Assembly: GCA_002450095.1 (NCBI GenBank)
Contig: DJYK01000026.1
Location: forward strand, 17,781 to 81,780
Length of the DNA: 64,000 nucleotides
Direction of reading: 5' to 3'
From: Mageeibacillus sp. UBA6980
Lineage (GTDB): Bacteria > Bacillota > Clostridia > Saccharofermentanales > Saccharofermentanaceae
The position numbers were made by a program, and so were the translations under genes. The notes beneath the pieces were generated by a model that saw only the letters and a list, made by a program, of their open reading frames with translations, was not told the origin of the DNA and did no database searches. Positions 54,282 through 63,062 of the stretch are shown here, one piece after another (the first letter of the stretch is position 1; each line of letters begins with the position of its first letter).

Positions 54282-55683
54282 TCCCGTAGACAATAAGAAG
54301 AATTATCGTATTCTTCGACATGGTGCCGGTGTTTTTAAGGAAGCCGTTAAGGGGGTTATGAAGGGAGAAGAGTTTTTCCATGTAGCCGATAACGGTTGCT
54401 TTATCTACGATCTTAAGTATGTTGATAACAATTCCCTGGCAAAGACAAGTAAAGAGTATCCGGGATCGAAGCTTTTTGACGGATATTGTCTTTGTCCGCC
54501 GCTCCTTACATATGATGAGACGAATACGGATCTTTTAAGTCTGTTTGTGTTCGAAGGGAAGAAAGCAGTCTTCTTTGAAGACGTTAATGAATATTCTGTT
54601 GTGATGACGGGCATTATCCTTCAGCATACCGATATGGATATTTACTTCACTGATGATATCGTAAGATTATTCTACCCTTCGGAAGAACGTATTCATGTGC
54701 AGGATCAAAAACCTGATATGCCCCCCGAAGATCTTCTGACGGTTCGTCAGGAGTATTATCCGTCAATATTGTACAATGACTACGATACGATGGATATAAT
54801 GTCTTGCTTCTTTAACGTAATGATATATCAGTGGATCATCGACAGGCCGTATCAGGATATTAAATACTTTGAACTGATAATATCTCAGGATGAGGGAATA
54901 GGTTCGATACTGAATCAGTATGCAGGTGTCAGACGCCTTTTGAGCAGATTCGGCAAAGAAGTTACTCTCGCTTGCGGCGGGACCAAATACAGCGATGACA
55001 TCCTTGAGGATTACTTTAATATCAAGATCACCCCGTCTGATTCGAATCCTGATAATACCGTTACCATTGCCAATATCTATGCGCTTATGTTCACTAAGGC
55101 AGTAGGCGGCGTCTCTTCAAGTCATTATAAGATCGATGATCTTAACCCTGCATTTATCGAAGACCTTAAGGAGTATGCCGAGGCGATCATAAGAGGCCGT
55201 AAGCTGATGGGGCTTTTTTTAAGGGGTACGGATTACTTTAAGGCTAATTTTCAGGGGGCCGCGGGAGCAGTTACGATGGATGTGGGAATCCCTCTTATCC
55301 GCAAGCACTTTGATGAAGATAAGTATGACGGAATTATGCTTGCGACGGAGGATAAGGATATTCTTAATGCCGTTCGTGCCGAATTCGGGGATAAGGTTAT
55401 AGCCGTATCTCAGGAGCGCTATTCTGTCAATGATTTCAAAGAAGTTAATACTATAAGCGAGCTTGAAAGGAAAAGGCGAAGCCCGGAGGAATACGATCTT
55501 TACGTTAATGATACGACGATCAATTACTTTTACGGGATCTATATGGTCTCAAGATGTGAGACGGTAGTCTATTCCAATCACTGTTTTGGCAGTAATATGT
55601 TAAAGTCATTTGGAGAAGGTTCGATCAGGAAGATGTATTGTCTTGCTGAAGAAATAAGTGAGAAACAGGAGCAGGACGGTTAA
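54268..55683 (+). CDS. Hypothetical protein embedded in the NRPS cluster
   Basis: GAGGTG lies 7 nt before ATG 54268, and the gene overlaps the upstream stop. No confident motif (GLFLRGTDYF weakly recalls fucosyltransferase-type RxxD motifs). Confidence 0.45.
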   Translation: MLLINPVDNKKNYRILRHGAGVFKEAVKGVMKGEEFFHVADNGCFIYDLKYVDNNSLAKTSKEYPGSKLFDGYCLCPPLLTYDETNTDLLSLFVFEGKKAVFFEDVNEYSVVMTGIILQHTDMDIYFTDDIVRLFYPSEERIHVQDQKPDMPPEDLLTVRQEYYPSILYNDYDTMDIMSCFFNVMIYQWIIDRPYQDIKYFELIISQDEGIGSILNQYAGVRRLLSRFGKEVTLACGGTKYSDDILEDYFNIKITPSDSNPDNTVTIANIYALMFTKAVGGVSSSHYKIDDLNPAFIEDLKEYAEAIIRGRKLMGLFLRGTDYFKANFQGAAGAVTMDVGIPLIRKHFDEDKYDGIMLATEDKDILNAVRAEFGDKVIAVSQERYSVNDFKEVNTISELERKRRSPEEYDLYVNDTTINYFYGIYMVSRCETVVYSNHCFGSNMLKSFGEGSIRKMYCLAEEISEKQEQDG

Positions 55684-55685
55684 GT

Positions 55686-58091
55686 ATGGTTTATATCGAT
55701 TGTTTTGACGAGTGTTCATCAAAGTTTTCCGATAGAGTCGCTGTTGTTGATCATAATGGACAAAGAAAGGTTACATATGGCGAACTGGCGGCTATGGCGA
55801 AGAAGGCAGCAAGGTTGATATCAGATATCAAGACCGAATCCGGAGAGCCTTTTATTATCAGGATGAGCAGGACTGCCGAATATATAGCGGTCTACTTAGG
55901 GATCCTGTATTCGGGATGCGTAGCGGTTCCGGTTACTACGGCATATCCCGAGGAGAGAATAAGTGCCATCAAGGCGGATTGCAAGGCTAAGCACGTTATA
56001 GATGACTCGTTCTTTGACAATGAACCTTCTTCGTCCGAACAGGTTCATGTAAGAAGAGAGGGGACCGATACGGCATTATTGCTCTATACTTCCGGTTCGA
56101 CGGGCAATCCTAAGGGTGTAGTACATGATCATAACAGCGTGGTCGCGTCGACCGAGAGAACATTCGAGCTCGCGGAAGGTATTGAAGTACTGAATTACGC
56201 CGCGTTCTCACCTTTCAATTTTGCACCTTCCACATCCGATATCTTCGGCATGTTCAGACTCGGGGGTACCGTATTTATCATTGAAGATGACGTAAGGAAG
56301 GATCCCACGAAGCTTATAGATTTCTATTGTGCCCACGACATTACTCTTACCTTTGTGCCTCCGTCACTTCTGAAGATCATGTTAAGGCTGATCGAGGATG
56401 AGGAGCTTCCTTTAAAGCGCGTGCTCTGCGGAGCCGAGAGAATGGTTAATATCTTTACGGATAAGTTTGAGATCTATAATGTTTACGGAATGAGCGAGAG
56501 CCTTGCCGGAATATCATACTTTAAGCTGGATCGCGCTTATGAGTTCACTCCGGTAGGCAAACCTTATAAAAACGTTAAGATCACGATAGAGGACGGCGAG
56601 ATATGCGCTAAGAGCTATTACGCCCGATCATATCTGAATCTTGAGGAACAGAGTGCCCGAAGATTTAAGGAATGTGATGACGGTGAAGTCGTGATACATA
56701 CCGGCGACAGCGGAAGACTCGATGAGGAAGGGAACCTGATCATTACCGGCCGAATGGATTTTATGTGCAAGATCAACGGTCAGCGCGTAGAGCCGGAGGA
56801 ACCGGAGAGCAGGCTGTTAAGTATCCCCGGAATCAAAGAGGCCTGTGTAATGGGTGTCAGAATAAGCGATAATATGACCGCTCTGGTTGCATTCTATACC
56901 TCTGATACGGTATTAGATATCGATTACATCAAGGGTGAACTTAAAAAGACGTTGCCTGACTATATGATCCCGTCGATCTACCGAAGATTAGTCAATATGC
57001 CCCGCAACCTTAACGGTAAAGTGGACAGAAGTCAGCTTACCGGTGCATGGGAGTTCCAGCGTCATGTCCCGGTAGATGTTATTCCGCCTGTAGAGGATGA
57101 CGAGAAGGAGCTCGCTTCCATATACGCCAACATCCTTAATCTTGACATTAAGGAAATAGGTCTCAGGAATAACTTCTTTACACTCGGAGGCGATTCATTA
57201 CGAGCGGTAATCCTGTCCATTGAGATCATGGAGAAAACGGGTGTCAGGTTAGCGCCCGCAGATATATTTAAGCATCCGACAATAGAAGAGCAGATCGAAC
57301 TTATTAGGGCTAACAAGAGTGTTAAAGATATCTATATATGCAATGATAATCCGGATCTTCCTGACATATTCTTTGTACATACCGGTCATGCGGGAGGTGA
57401 AGCATACTACAATCTGTCATTGCTTCTTAAGGATATCTGTAATGTAAAATGTCTGGAACCTCATAATGTATTCCATCCCGATGATATAATAACCGGAATA
57501 GAGAACCTTGCCGAGAAGTACATCAGCAATCTTAAGTCGGTTAAACCTGAAGGTCCTTATTTCTTAGGCGGATGGTCATATGGCGGATTGATCGCATATG
57601 AGATGGCAAGGCAACTGTCGTTATCGGGTGATGAGGTCAAGTATCTGTTCATTATGGATTCGAATTTCATGTCATCCGACAGGGAGAGAGAACTTTATAT
57701 CGACATGTTTAAGCGGGATTCATTTGATTCTTATCTCGAGAAGGATCCTTTGTTTGAAAGATTCCGTCAGATGGGCGTCATTGATTCTGTTGTATCTAAC
57801 AGTAAGAATGTAGTCTATGATATGACCAGTTATGTTCCGAAGCCGTATGACGGCAGAGCCACATTCTTTAAAGCATATGTGTTTGAGAATGAAGATATGT
57901 TAGGCGAAGAGCTTTCCGGCATTATTAAAGGTAAGAAAGCTAACGGATTTGATAAACTTATCAAAAAGCTTAAGATAATCAACATCGGGTCAGATCATGA
58001 CCGCATAATGACAGGATATGCTTTATACAAAATAGCACTTCATATAGAATATACACTTGATCATTTGGAAAAGGGTTATGAAGATGACTGA
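55686..58091 (+). CDS. NRPS termination module, domain order A-T-TE
   Basis: YTSGSTGNPKGV, HTGDSGRLDEEGNLIITGRMDFMCKINGQRVEPEE, NGKVDRS, FFTLGGDSLRAV, TE nucleophile GGWSYGG and downstream GSDHD. Confidence 0.85.
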   Translation: MVYIDCFDECSSKFSDRVAVVDHNGQRKVTYGELAAMAKKAARLISDIKTESGEPFIIRMSRTAEYIAVYLGILYSGCVAVPVTTAYPEERISAIKADCKAKHVIDDSFFDNEPSSSEQVHVRREGTDTALLLYTSGSTGNPKGVVHDHNSVVASTERTFELAEGIEVLNYAAFSPFNFAPSTSDIFGMFRLGGTVFIIEDDVRKDPTKLIDFYCAHDITLTFVPPSLLKIMLRLIEDEELPLKRVLCGAERMVNIFTDKFEIYNVYGMSESLAGISYFKLDRAYEFTPVGKPYKNVKITIEDGEICAKSYYARSYLNLEEQSARRFKECDDGEVVIHTGDSGRLDEEGNLIITGRMDFMCKINGQRVEPEEPESRLLSIPGIKEACVMGVRISDNMTALVAFYTSDTVLDIDYIKGELKKTLPDYMIPSIYRRLVNMPRNLNGKVDRSQLTGAWEFQRHVPVDVIPPVEDDEKELASIYANILNLDIKEIGLRNNFFTLGGDSLRAVILSIEIMEKTGVRLAPADIFKHPTIEEQIELIRANKSVKDIYICNDNPDLPDIFFVHTGHAGGEAYYNLSLLLKDICNVKCLEPHNVFHPDDIITGIENLAEKYISNLKSVKPEGPYFLGGWSYGGLIAYEMARQLSLSGDEVKYLFIMDSNFMSSDRERELYIDMFKRDSFDSYLEKDPLFERFRQMGVIDSVVSNSKNVVYDMTSYVPKPYDGRATFFKAYVFENEDMLGEELSGIIKGKKANGFDKLIKKLKIINIGSDHDRIMTGYALYKIALHIEYTLDHLEKGYEDD

Positions 58092-59304
58092 CAATTTGAA
58101 ATTATATGAAGCAACATGGAAGACTATGTCTCAGCTTCTTGAAGTTGAAGACCTCGATGAAGCGCTGGCGGGAAGTCTGGAGATAATCGTAAAGGAATTG
58201 AACTGTGAAGCCGGTGCCATTTGGCTTCTTGATAAAGATGCTTCGCATCTGTCTTCCATATATCAGATCGGTCCCGTTGATTTGTCTAATATCAGTATCG
58301 AGAACGGTATCGGCATTGAAGGTCAGGTAGCGAAGACGGGCAAATCCGTTATGATCGGGGATCTTTCTGCTGATAAGAGCTTTGACGGCACTGTTTTTGA
58401 CGATAACGGGCTTACTGCGAAGACCGTCATCTGCGTTCCTCTTCGTAATATAAGAGACGTTATCGGATGCTTTATAGTCGTTAATAAGAAAAATGGTGAG
58501 AACTTTGATAAAGATGAGCTCACTTTATGCGAGCATATTTCAAATCTCGCGGCCATGACGATAGCCGAGAAAGGACTTGATGTTCATCTTGATGAGGATA
58601 AAGAGGTTCTGGCATCACTTCGCAATGTTACGAAGGTCTATAAGATCGGCGATAATACTAACACCGTACTTAAGGGGATCAACCTCGATATCTACAGGAA
58701 TGAATTCGTCGTTATACTGGGTGAGTCCGGATGCGGTAAATCCACGATGATGAATATAATCGGAGGGATGGATCCTCTAACGAGCGGCTCTCTCACCGTA
58801 GAAGGAAAAGATTTCTCCAATCCTTCAGATGCGGAGCTTACGGATTACAGGCGTAAGTATATCGGATTTATCTTCCAGCAGTATAATCTCATGCCTAATC
58901 TTACGGCTTTGGAGAATGTTCGTTTCATTGCGGAACTGGTAGATGATCCTATGTCTCCGGAAGAGGCGATAGATAAGGTCCGCCTTACGGATCGTAAGGA
59001 TAATTATCCCGGACAGATGTCGGGAGGTCAGCAGCAGAGAGTCTCTATCGCCAGGGCTATAGTTAAGCGCCCGAGCCTTATTCTTGCCGATGAGCCGACT
59101 GCCGCTCTTGACTATGTGACCAGTATCGAAGTCCTCCAGGTTATTGAGGATATCATAAGAAACAAGGGAACAACGGTCATGATGGTAACTCATAATCCCG
59201 AGATCGCGAAGATGGCTGACAGAGTCATTAAACTTCGAAGCGGCAAGATAGCAAGTGTTAAGAGAAATCTTAAGCCTTTGCATGCTACGGAACTGGTCTG
59301 GTGA
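58084..59304 (+). CDS. GAF domain fused to a MacB/LolD-type ABC ATPase
   Basis: N-terminal ~170 aa are GAF-like (..AGAIWLLD..GIEGQVAKTGKSVMIGD..ICVPLRN..IGCFIVVNK..). Then GESGCGKST, MSGGQQQRVSIARA, ILADEPTAALD. The start is ambiguous (58078 or 58084). Confidence 0.75.
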   Translation: MTDNLKLYEATWKTMSQLLEVEDLDEALAGSLEIIVKELNCEAGAIWLLDKDASHLSSIYQIGPVDLSNISIENGIGIEGQVAKTGKSVMIGDLSADKSFDGTVFDDNGLTAKTVICVPLRNIRDVIGCFIVVNKKNGENFDKDELTLCEHISNLAAMTIAEKGLDVHLDEDKEVLASLRNVTKVYKIGDNTNTVLKGINLDIYRNEFVVILGESGCGKSTMMNIIGGMDPLTSGSLTVEGKDFSNPSDAELTDYRRKYIGFIFQQYNLMPNLTALENVRFIAELVDDPMSPEEAIDKVRLTDRKDNYPGQMSGGQQQRVSIARAIVKRPSLILADEPTAALDYVTSIEVLQVIEDIIRNKGTTVMMVTHNPEIAKMADRVIKLRSGKIASVKRNLKPLHATELVW

Positions 59305-59307
59305 TAA

Positions 59308-62300
59308 ATGAAGAAGACTCAGGTAAAAGACTCAATAAGGAATATCAGGAAGCAGATAGTATCCTATCTGTCTATTCTTGTTATATCAATGCTTGCCGTT
59401 CTGACATTCCTCGGAATCAACTATTCTGCAGAAGCAATAAGAGCTAACAGTTCAAAGTTCTATGCAGATACAAATTTCAGAGATGTAGAGATCGTATCTA
59501 CCTATCTGATCACGCCTGATGACCTGGAAGCCATTAGGGCTGATGAAGGGGTCGAAGACGTCGAGGGCGTATACAGGACCGGTTGCAGAGTCTATGGCGA
59601 TGACGGTATTACAGGTGTAATGGTCGTATCTCTTACAGAGAGGATCAATGTCCCGTTGGTTGTTGAGGGAAGGCTTCCTCAAAATGAGAATGAGTGTGTT
59701 ATAGAGCCTGAGATCAGTTCGAGTACCGGCCTTGATATCGGAGATACTATCTCGGTCCTTAACAGTCATCACGTTATGCCTGAGTATCTTAATCGGTGTG
59801 ATTATGTTATAACCGGTATAGTCCGTCACCCCGATCATTCGTGCGTCAGTAATATTTCGCCGGGAGCCCGATATGTTATGGTCCTTCCCGAGGCTTTCGA
59901 TTCTGAGGCCTTGGACGGCTGTTATATGGCCGCTGTTGCTTCGATAGCAGGCGCCGATCAATTCAGGATGATGGATGATGAATACCATAACTATATCTCG
60001 GATACGGTAAACAGACTTAACGGACTTGCCGATGAGAGAGCGATCATTCGTTATAACGAGGTCAGGGATGCTGCATCGAATCGAATTGATGAAGGTCAGG
60101 ATCAGATAGACGAGGCCGGCGAAGAACTTCAGGAATCCAGAGACGAGTTGGATCAGCGTTGGCAGGAGTACTACGACGGAGTGGCTCAGCTGAACGATGC
60201 CGAACAGGAATTGAGTGAAGCGGAAGCTCAGCTTGCTGACGCCAGAAACAGGTTAAGTGAGGGCGGACTTCAGCTTGAAGAAGGAAGGGCGCAGTTAGAA
60301 AGTGTAGAGGCTCAGCTTGCCGAGGCGAGAGCGAGACTTGACAGTACCAGAGCGCAGCTTGATTCAGGATGGGCGCAACTCGAGGAGGGCAGGCAGCAGC
60401 TTGATGCATATGCCGTTCAGATCGAACAAGGTCGTATACAGCTTAATGATGCTCAGCCTCAGTTAGAGGCGGCAAGATTAAGACTTCAGCAGGCGCAATC
60501 CGAGCTCGAACTCGGCAGACAGGGGCTGATAGCCGGATATGCCCAAATAGAGGATTCCAAGACCGTTATCAGAAACAGCTTGCGTCAGGCAATAGTCGAT
60601 GTCCTCGGTGAGGATATCGCCAACCGGATCGACTGGTCAGAAAGCTCGTATGTTATTGACACTGATGATCCTCAGGCTTCGGCGCAGCTTCTCCATATAA
60701 CGAACGGAATTACGATAGATCTCCAAAGATCTCTCGGTGATAATATCTTTGCCGTCATTTCCTCTCTCGGTATCCCCGAGGATGAGCTTCGCGCCGCATA
60801 TGAACGCACTACGGGCAGGATAATCGAGATCATTGACGGAAGACCTGTATTGCAGTTTATTGTCGACGTCATAGTAGAGTCTTACAATGTGATCGATAAC
60901 CGTTACAACGAATATGCGAGTTACGCGAGATTATGGGATGAGCAGCACGGTCAATATATCGCGGCTCTTAATCTTTATAATCAGGGAATGGCGGCCTATA
61001 ACACCGCTCTGGAACAGTATAATTCCGGTCAGAGCGCTTTCGACGTCGGACTTGCACAGTACAATGAGCGTATCGCTCAGTATAATGACGGATTGGCTCA
61101 GTATTATGCCGCACGGGATCAGTATCTTGCAGGTGAGGACGAGTATGCCGCAGGCCTTGCCGAATATAACGCTAGGCTCGCTGAATTAGCGCAGGCAGAG
61201 GCTCAATACGAGGAAGGACAGATCCAGTATCAGGAAGGTCTCGAACAGTATCAGGAGGGCCTCGAACAGTATCAGCAGGGGCAGGAGGATCTTGCCGAAG
61301 GACTGGATTTGCTTAATGAGGGAGAAGAAGCCTACGACGAAGGTCTTGCGCAATACGAAGAGGGGCAAGTCAGACTTCAGGAGGCGATGGATGACCTTGA
61401 GAAGTTGAATCAATGTCATTGGAACCTGTTGACGCCGGAAGGAAATGCCGGTTTCGTCCAGATAAGAACTGATGCGAGAAACGTATCCGATATGGGCGGC
61501 ACTTTCGCATTGGTGTTCATATTGGTCGGAGCGCTTGTAATCTACGCTACCGTCGGTCGTATAATCGATGAGCAACGTAACCTTGTCGGCGTCTCCAAAG
61601 CACTCGGAATGTATAACCGCGAGATCTTTATGAAGTATCTGTCTTTTGGTGTTACTGCTACTGTCATAGGTTCGATACTCGGCATTGTTCTGGGTTATTT
61701 CTTCATTCAGAGCATATATCTGACTCTTTACGGGGAGAATTACACCTTTAATATGGATCATCACTCGATCATTATTTGGTTAACCGCGGTGGTGTTTGTT
61801 GCGGGTCTTGCACTCTCTTCCGTAACGGTATGGTTCGCATGCTCGACTCTGATGCGGTCTTCTGCCATTACATTGATGCAGGACAGAGTTCCCGATATCA
61901 AACGCTCAAAGAAGAAGTCCGGACGTGGCAAGGGATCTTTGTATGGCAATATGATCCTTCTTAACATGCTGTCAGATAAGAAGAGGGTACTCGTAACCAT
62001 AGTAAGTATTGCCGGAAGCTGTACTTTGCTCGTTACGGGTATGGCCCTGAACTTCAGTATCAATAACTCGATAGATGCACAATTCAATGATGTCGAGGTC
62101 TATGATCTTAAGATCACTTACGATCTCAATATATCCGGCAGAGTTCAGGATCAGATCGAGCGTGTCCTTCAGGAGCAAGGTCTGTCTTATTTACCGGTAA
62201 GCAGTTCGTTCACTTCTTATGATTCGAACGGCAAACTCGGAGTCTTTGAACTTCTGACGACGGATTTCGGAAGTATCGATCAGTATATCGAGCGACATGA

Positions 62301-63054
62301 TATTAACACCAATGAGATATATACCGGCGCAGGAAGCGGTATATGGATATTCCAGCGATTGGCAGAGACTTTGGATATCGGAGCCGGAGATACATTGACC
62401 TTATACGATTCTTCGTTAAATCCTCATGAAGTCTCGATCGCCGGCGTCTTCACCGAATATGTCGGTCAGCAGGTGCTAATGTCAAACGAGCTTTATGAAG
62501 AAGTCTTCAATGAAACTCCGCAATACAATACCCTGCTGGTTAATCAGAACGGTTCGGATTGCACGGAGGCGGTAGAGAGGATATCGGGTATTAACGGCTT
62601 CATCAGTTCCCGTGATACGGTTGAACGCTACAACCATGCCAAGGCTCTGTCTTCCGTTCTGGATTATATATCGGCATTGTTTGTTGCAGCGGCAGGATTG
62701 ATGGCTTACTTCATACTTCTTAATCTGGTCAACATGTATGTGCATCAGAAGACTCACGAACTTACCATAATGAGGATCAACGGTTTTACGGTAGGCGAGA
62801 CTATCAAGTATGTGTCACTTGAGCTTATCGTAAGTACCGTTCTGGGTATTATCCTCGGACTCGGCCTCGGATCCTTATTATCATATCGGGTCGTATGCCT
62901 GCTTGAGTCCCTGTCGCTTCATATCATAAGAGACATACAGTTTAAGGCGTGGGGTTACGCTGCGTTTATAACCGTTATATTTGCAACGTTGGTAAGCGCA
63001 TGGGCATTGAGAAAAGTCAGAAGGCTTAAGCTTACCGATATCAATAACGAATAA
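59308..63054 (+). CDS. Double FtsX-domain ABC permease with a very large coiled-coil extracytoplasmic region
   Basis: Two FtsX-like 4-TM blocks (near residues 740-860 and 1120-1240). Between TM1 and the first block are hundreds of residues of Ala/Gln/Glu-rich repeats (AQLADARNRL.., LAQYNERIAQYNDGLAQYY.., YQEGLEQYQEGLEQYQQG). Confidence 0.75.
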   Translation: MKKTQVKDSIRNIRKQIVSYLSILVISMLAVLTFLGINYSAEAIRANSSKFYADTNFRDVEIVSTYLITPDDLEAIRADEGVEDVEGVYRTGCRVYGDDGITGVMVVSLTERINVPLVVEGRLPQNENECVIEPEISSSTGLDIGDTISVLNSHHVMPEYLNRCDYVITGIVRHPDHSCVSNISPGARYVMVLPEAFDSEALDGCYMAAVASIAGADQFRMMDDEYHNYISDTVNRLNGLADERAIIRYNEVRDAASNRIDEGQDQIDEAGEELQESRDELDQRWQEYYDGVAQLNDAEQELSEAEAQLADARNRLSEGGLQLEEGRAQLESVEAQLAEARARLDSTRAQLDSGWAQLEEGRQQLDAYAVQIEQGRIQLNDAQPQLEAARLRLQQAQSELELGRQGLIAGYAQIEDSKTVIRNSLRQAIVDVLGEDIANRIDWSESSYVIDTDDPQASAQLLHITNGITIDLQRSLGDNIFAVISSLGIPEDELRAAYERTTGRIIEIIDGRPVLQFIVDVIVESYNVIDNRYNEYASYARLWDEQHGQYIAALNLYNQGMAAYNTALEQYNSGQSAFDVGLAQYNERIAQYNDGLAQYYAARDQYLAGEDEYAAGLAEYNARLAELAQAEAQYEEGQIQYQEGLEQYQEGLEQYQQGQEDLAEGLDLLNEGEEAYDEGLAQYEEGQVRLQEAMDDLEKLNQCHWNLLTPEGNAGFVQIRTDARNVSDMGGTFALVFILVGALVIYATVGRIIDEQRNLVGVSKALGMYNREIFMKYLSFGVTATVIGSILGIVLGYFFIQSIYLTLYGENYTFNMDHHSIIIWLTAVVFVAGLALSSVTVWFACSTLMRSSAITLMQDRVPDIKRSKKKSGRGKGSLYGNMILLNMLSDKKRVLVTIVSIAGSCTLLVTGMALNFSINNSIDAQFNDVEVYDLKITYDLNISGRVQDQIERVLQEQGLSYLPVSSSFTSYDSNGKLGVFELLTTDFGSIDQYIERHDINTNEIYTGAGSGIWIFQRLAETLDIGAGDTLTLYDSSLNPHEVSIAGVFTEYVGQQVLMSNELYEEVFNETPQYNTLLVNQNGSDCTEAVERISGINGFISSRDTVERYNHAKALSSVLDYISALFVAAAGLMAYFILLNLVNMYVHQKTHELTIMRINGFTVGETIKYVSLELIVSTVLGIILGLGLGSLLSYRVVCLLESLSLHIIRDIQFKAWGYAAFITVIFATLVSAWALRKVRRLKLTDINNE

Positions 63055-63062
63055 TAACCGAT

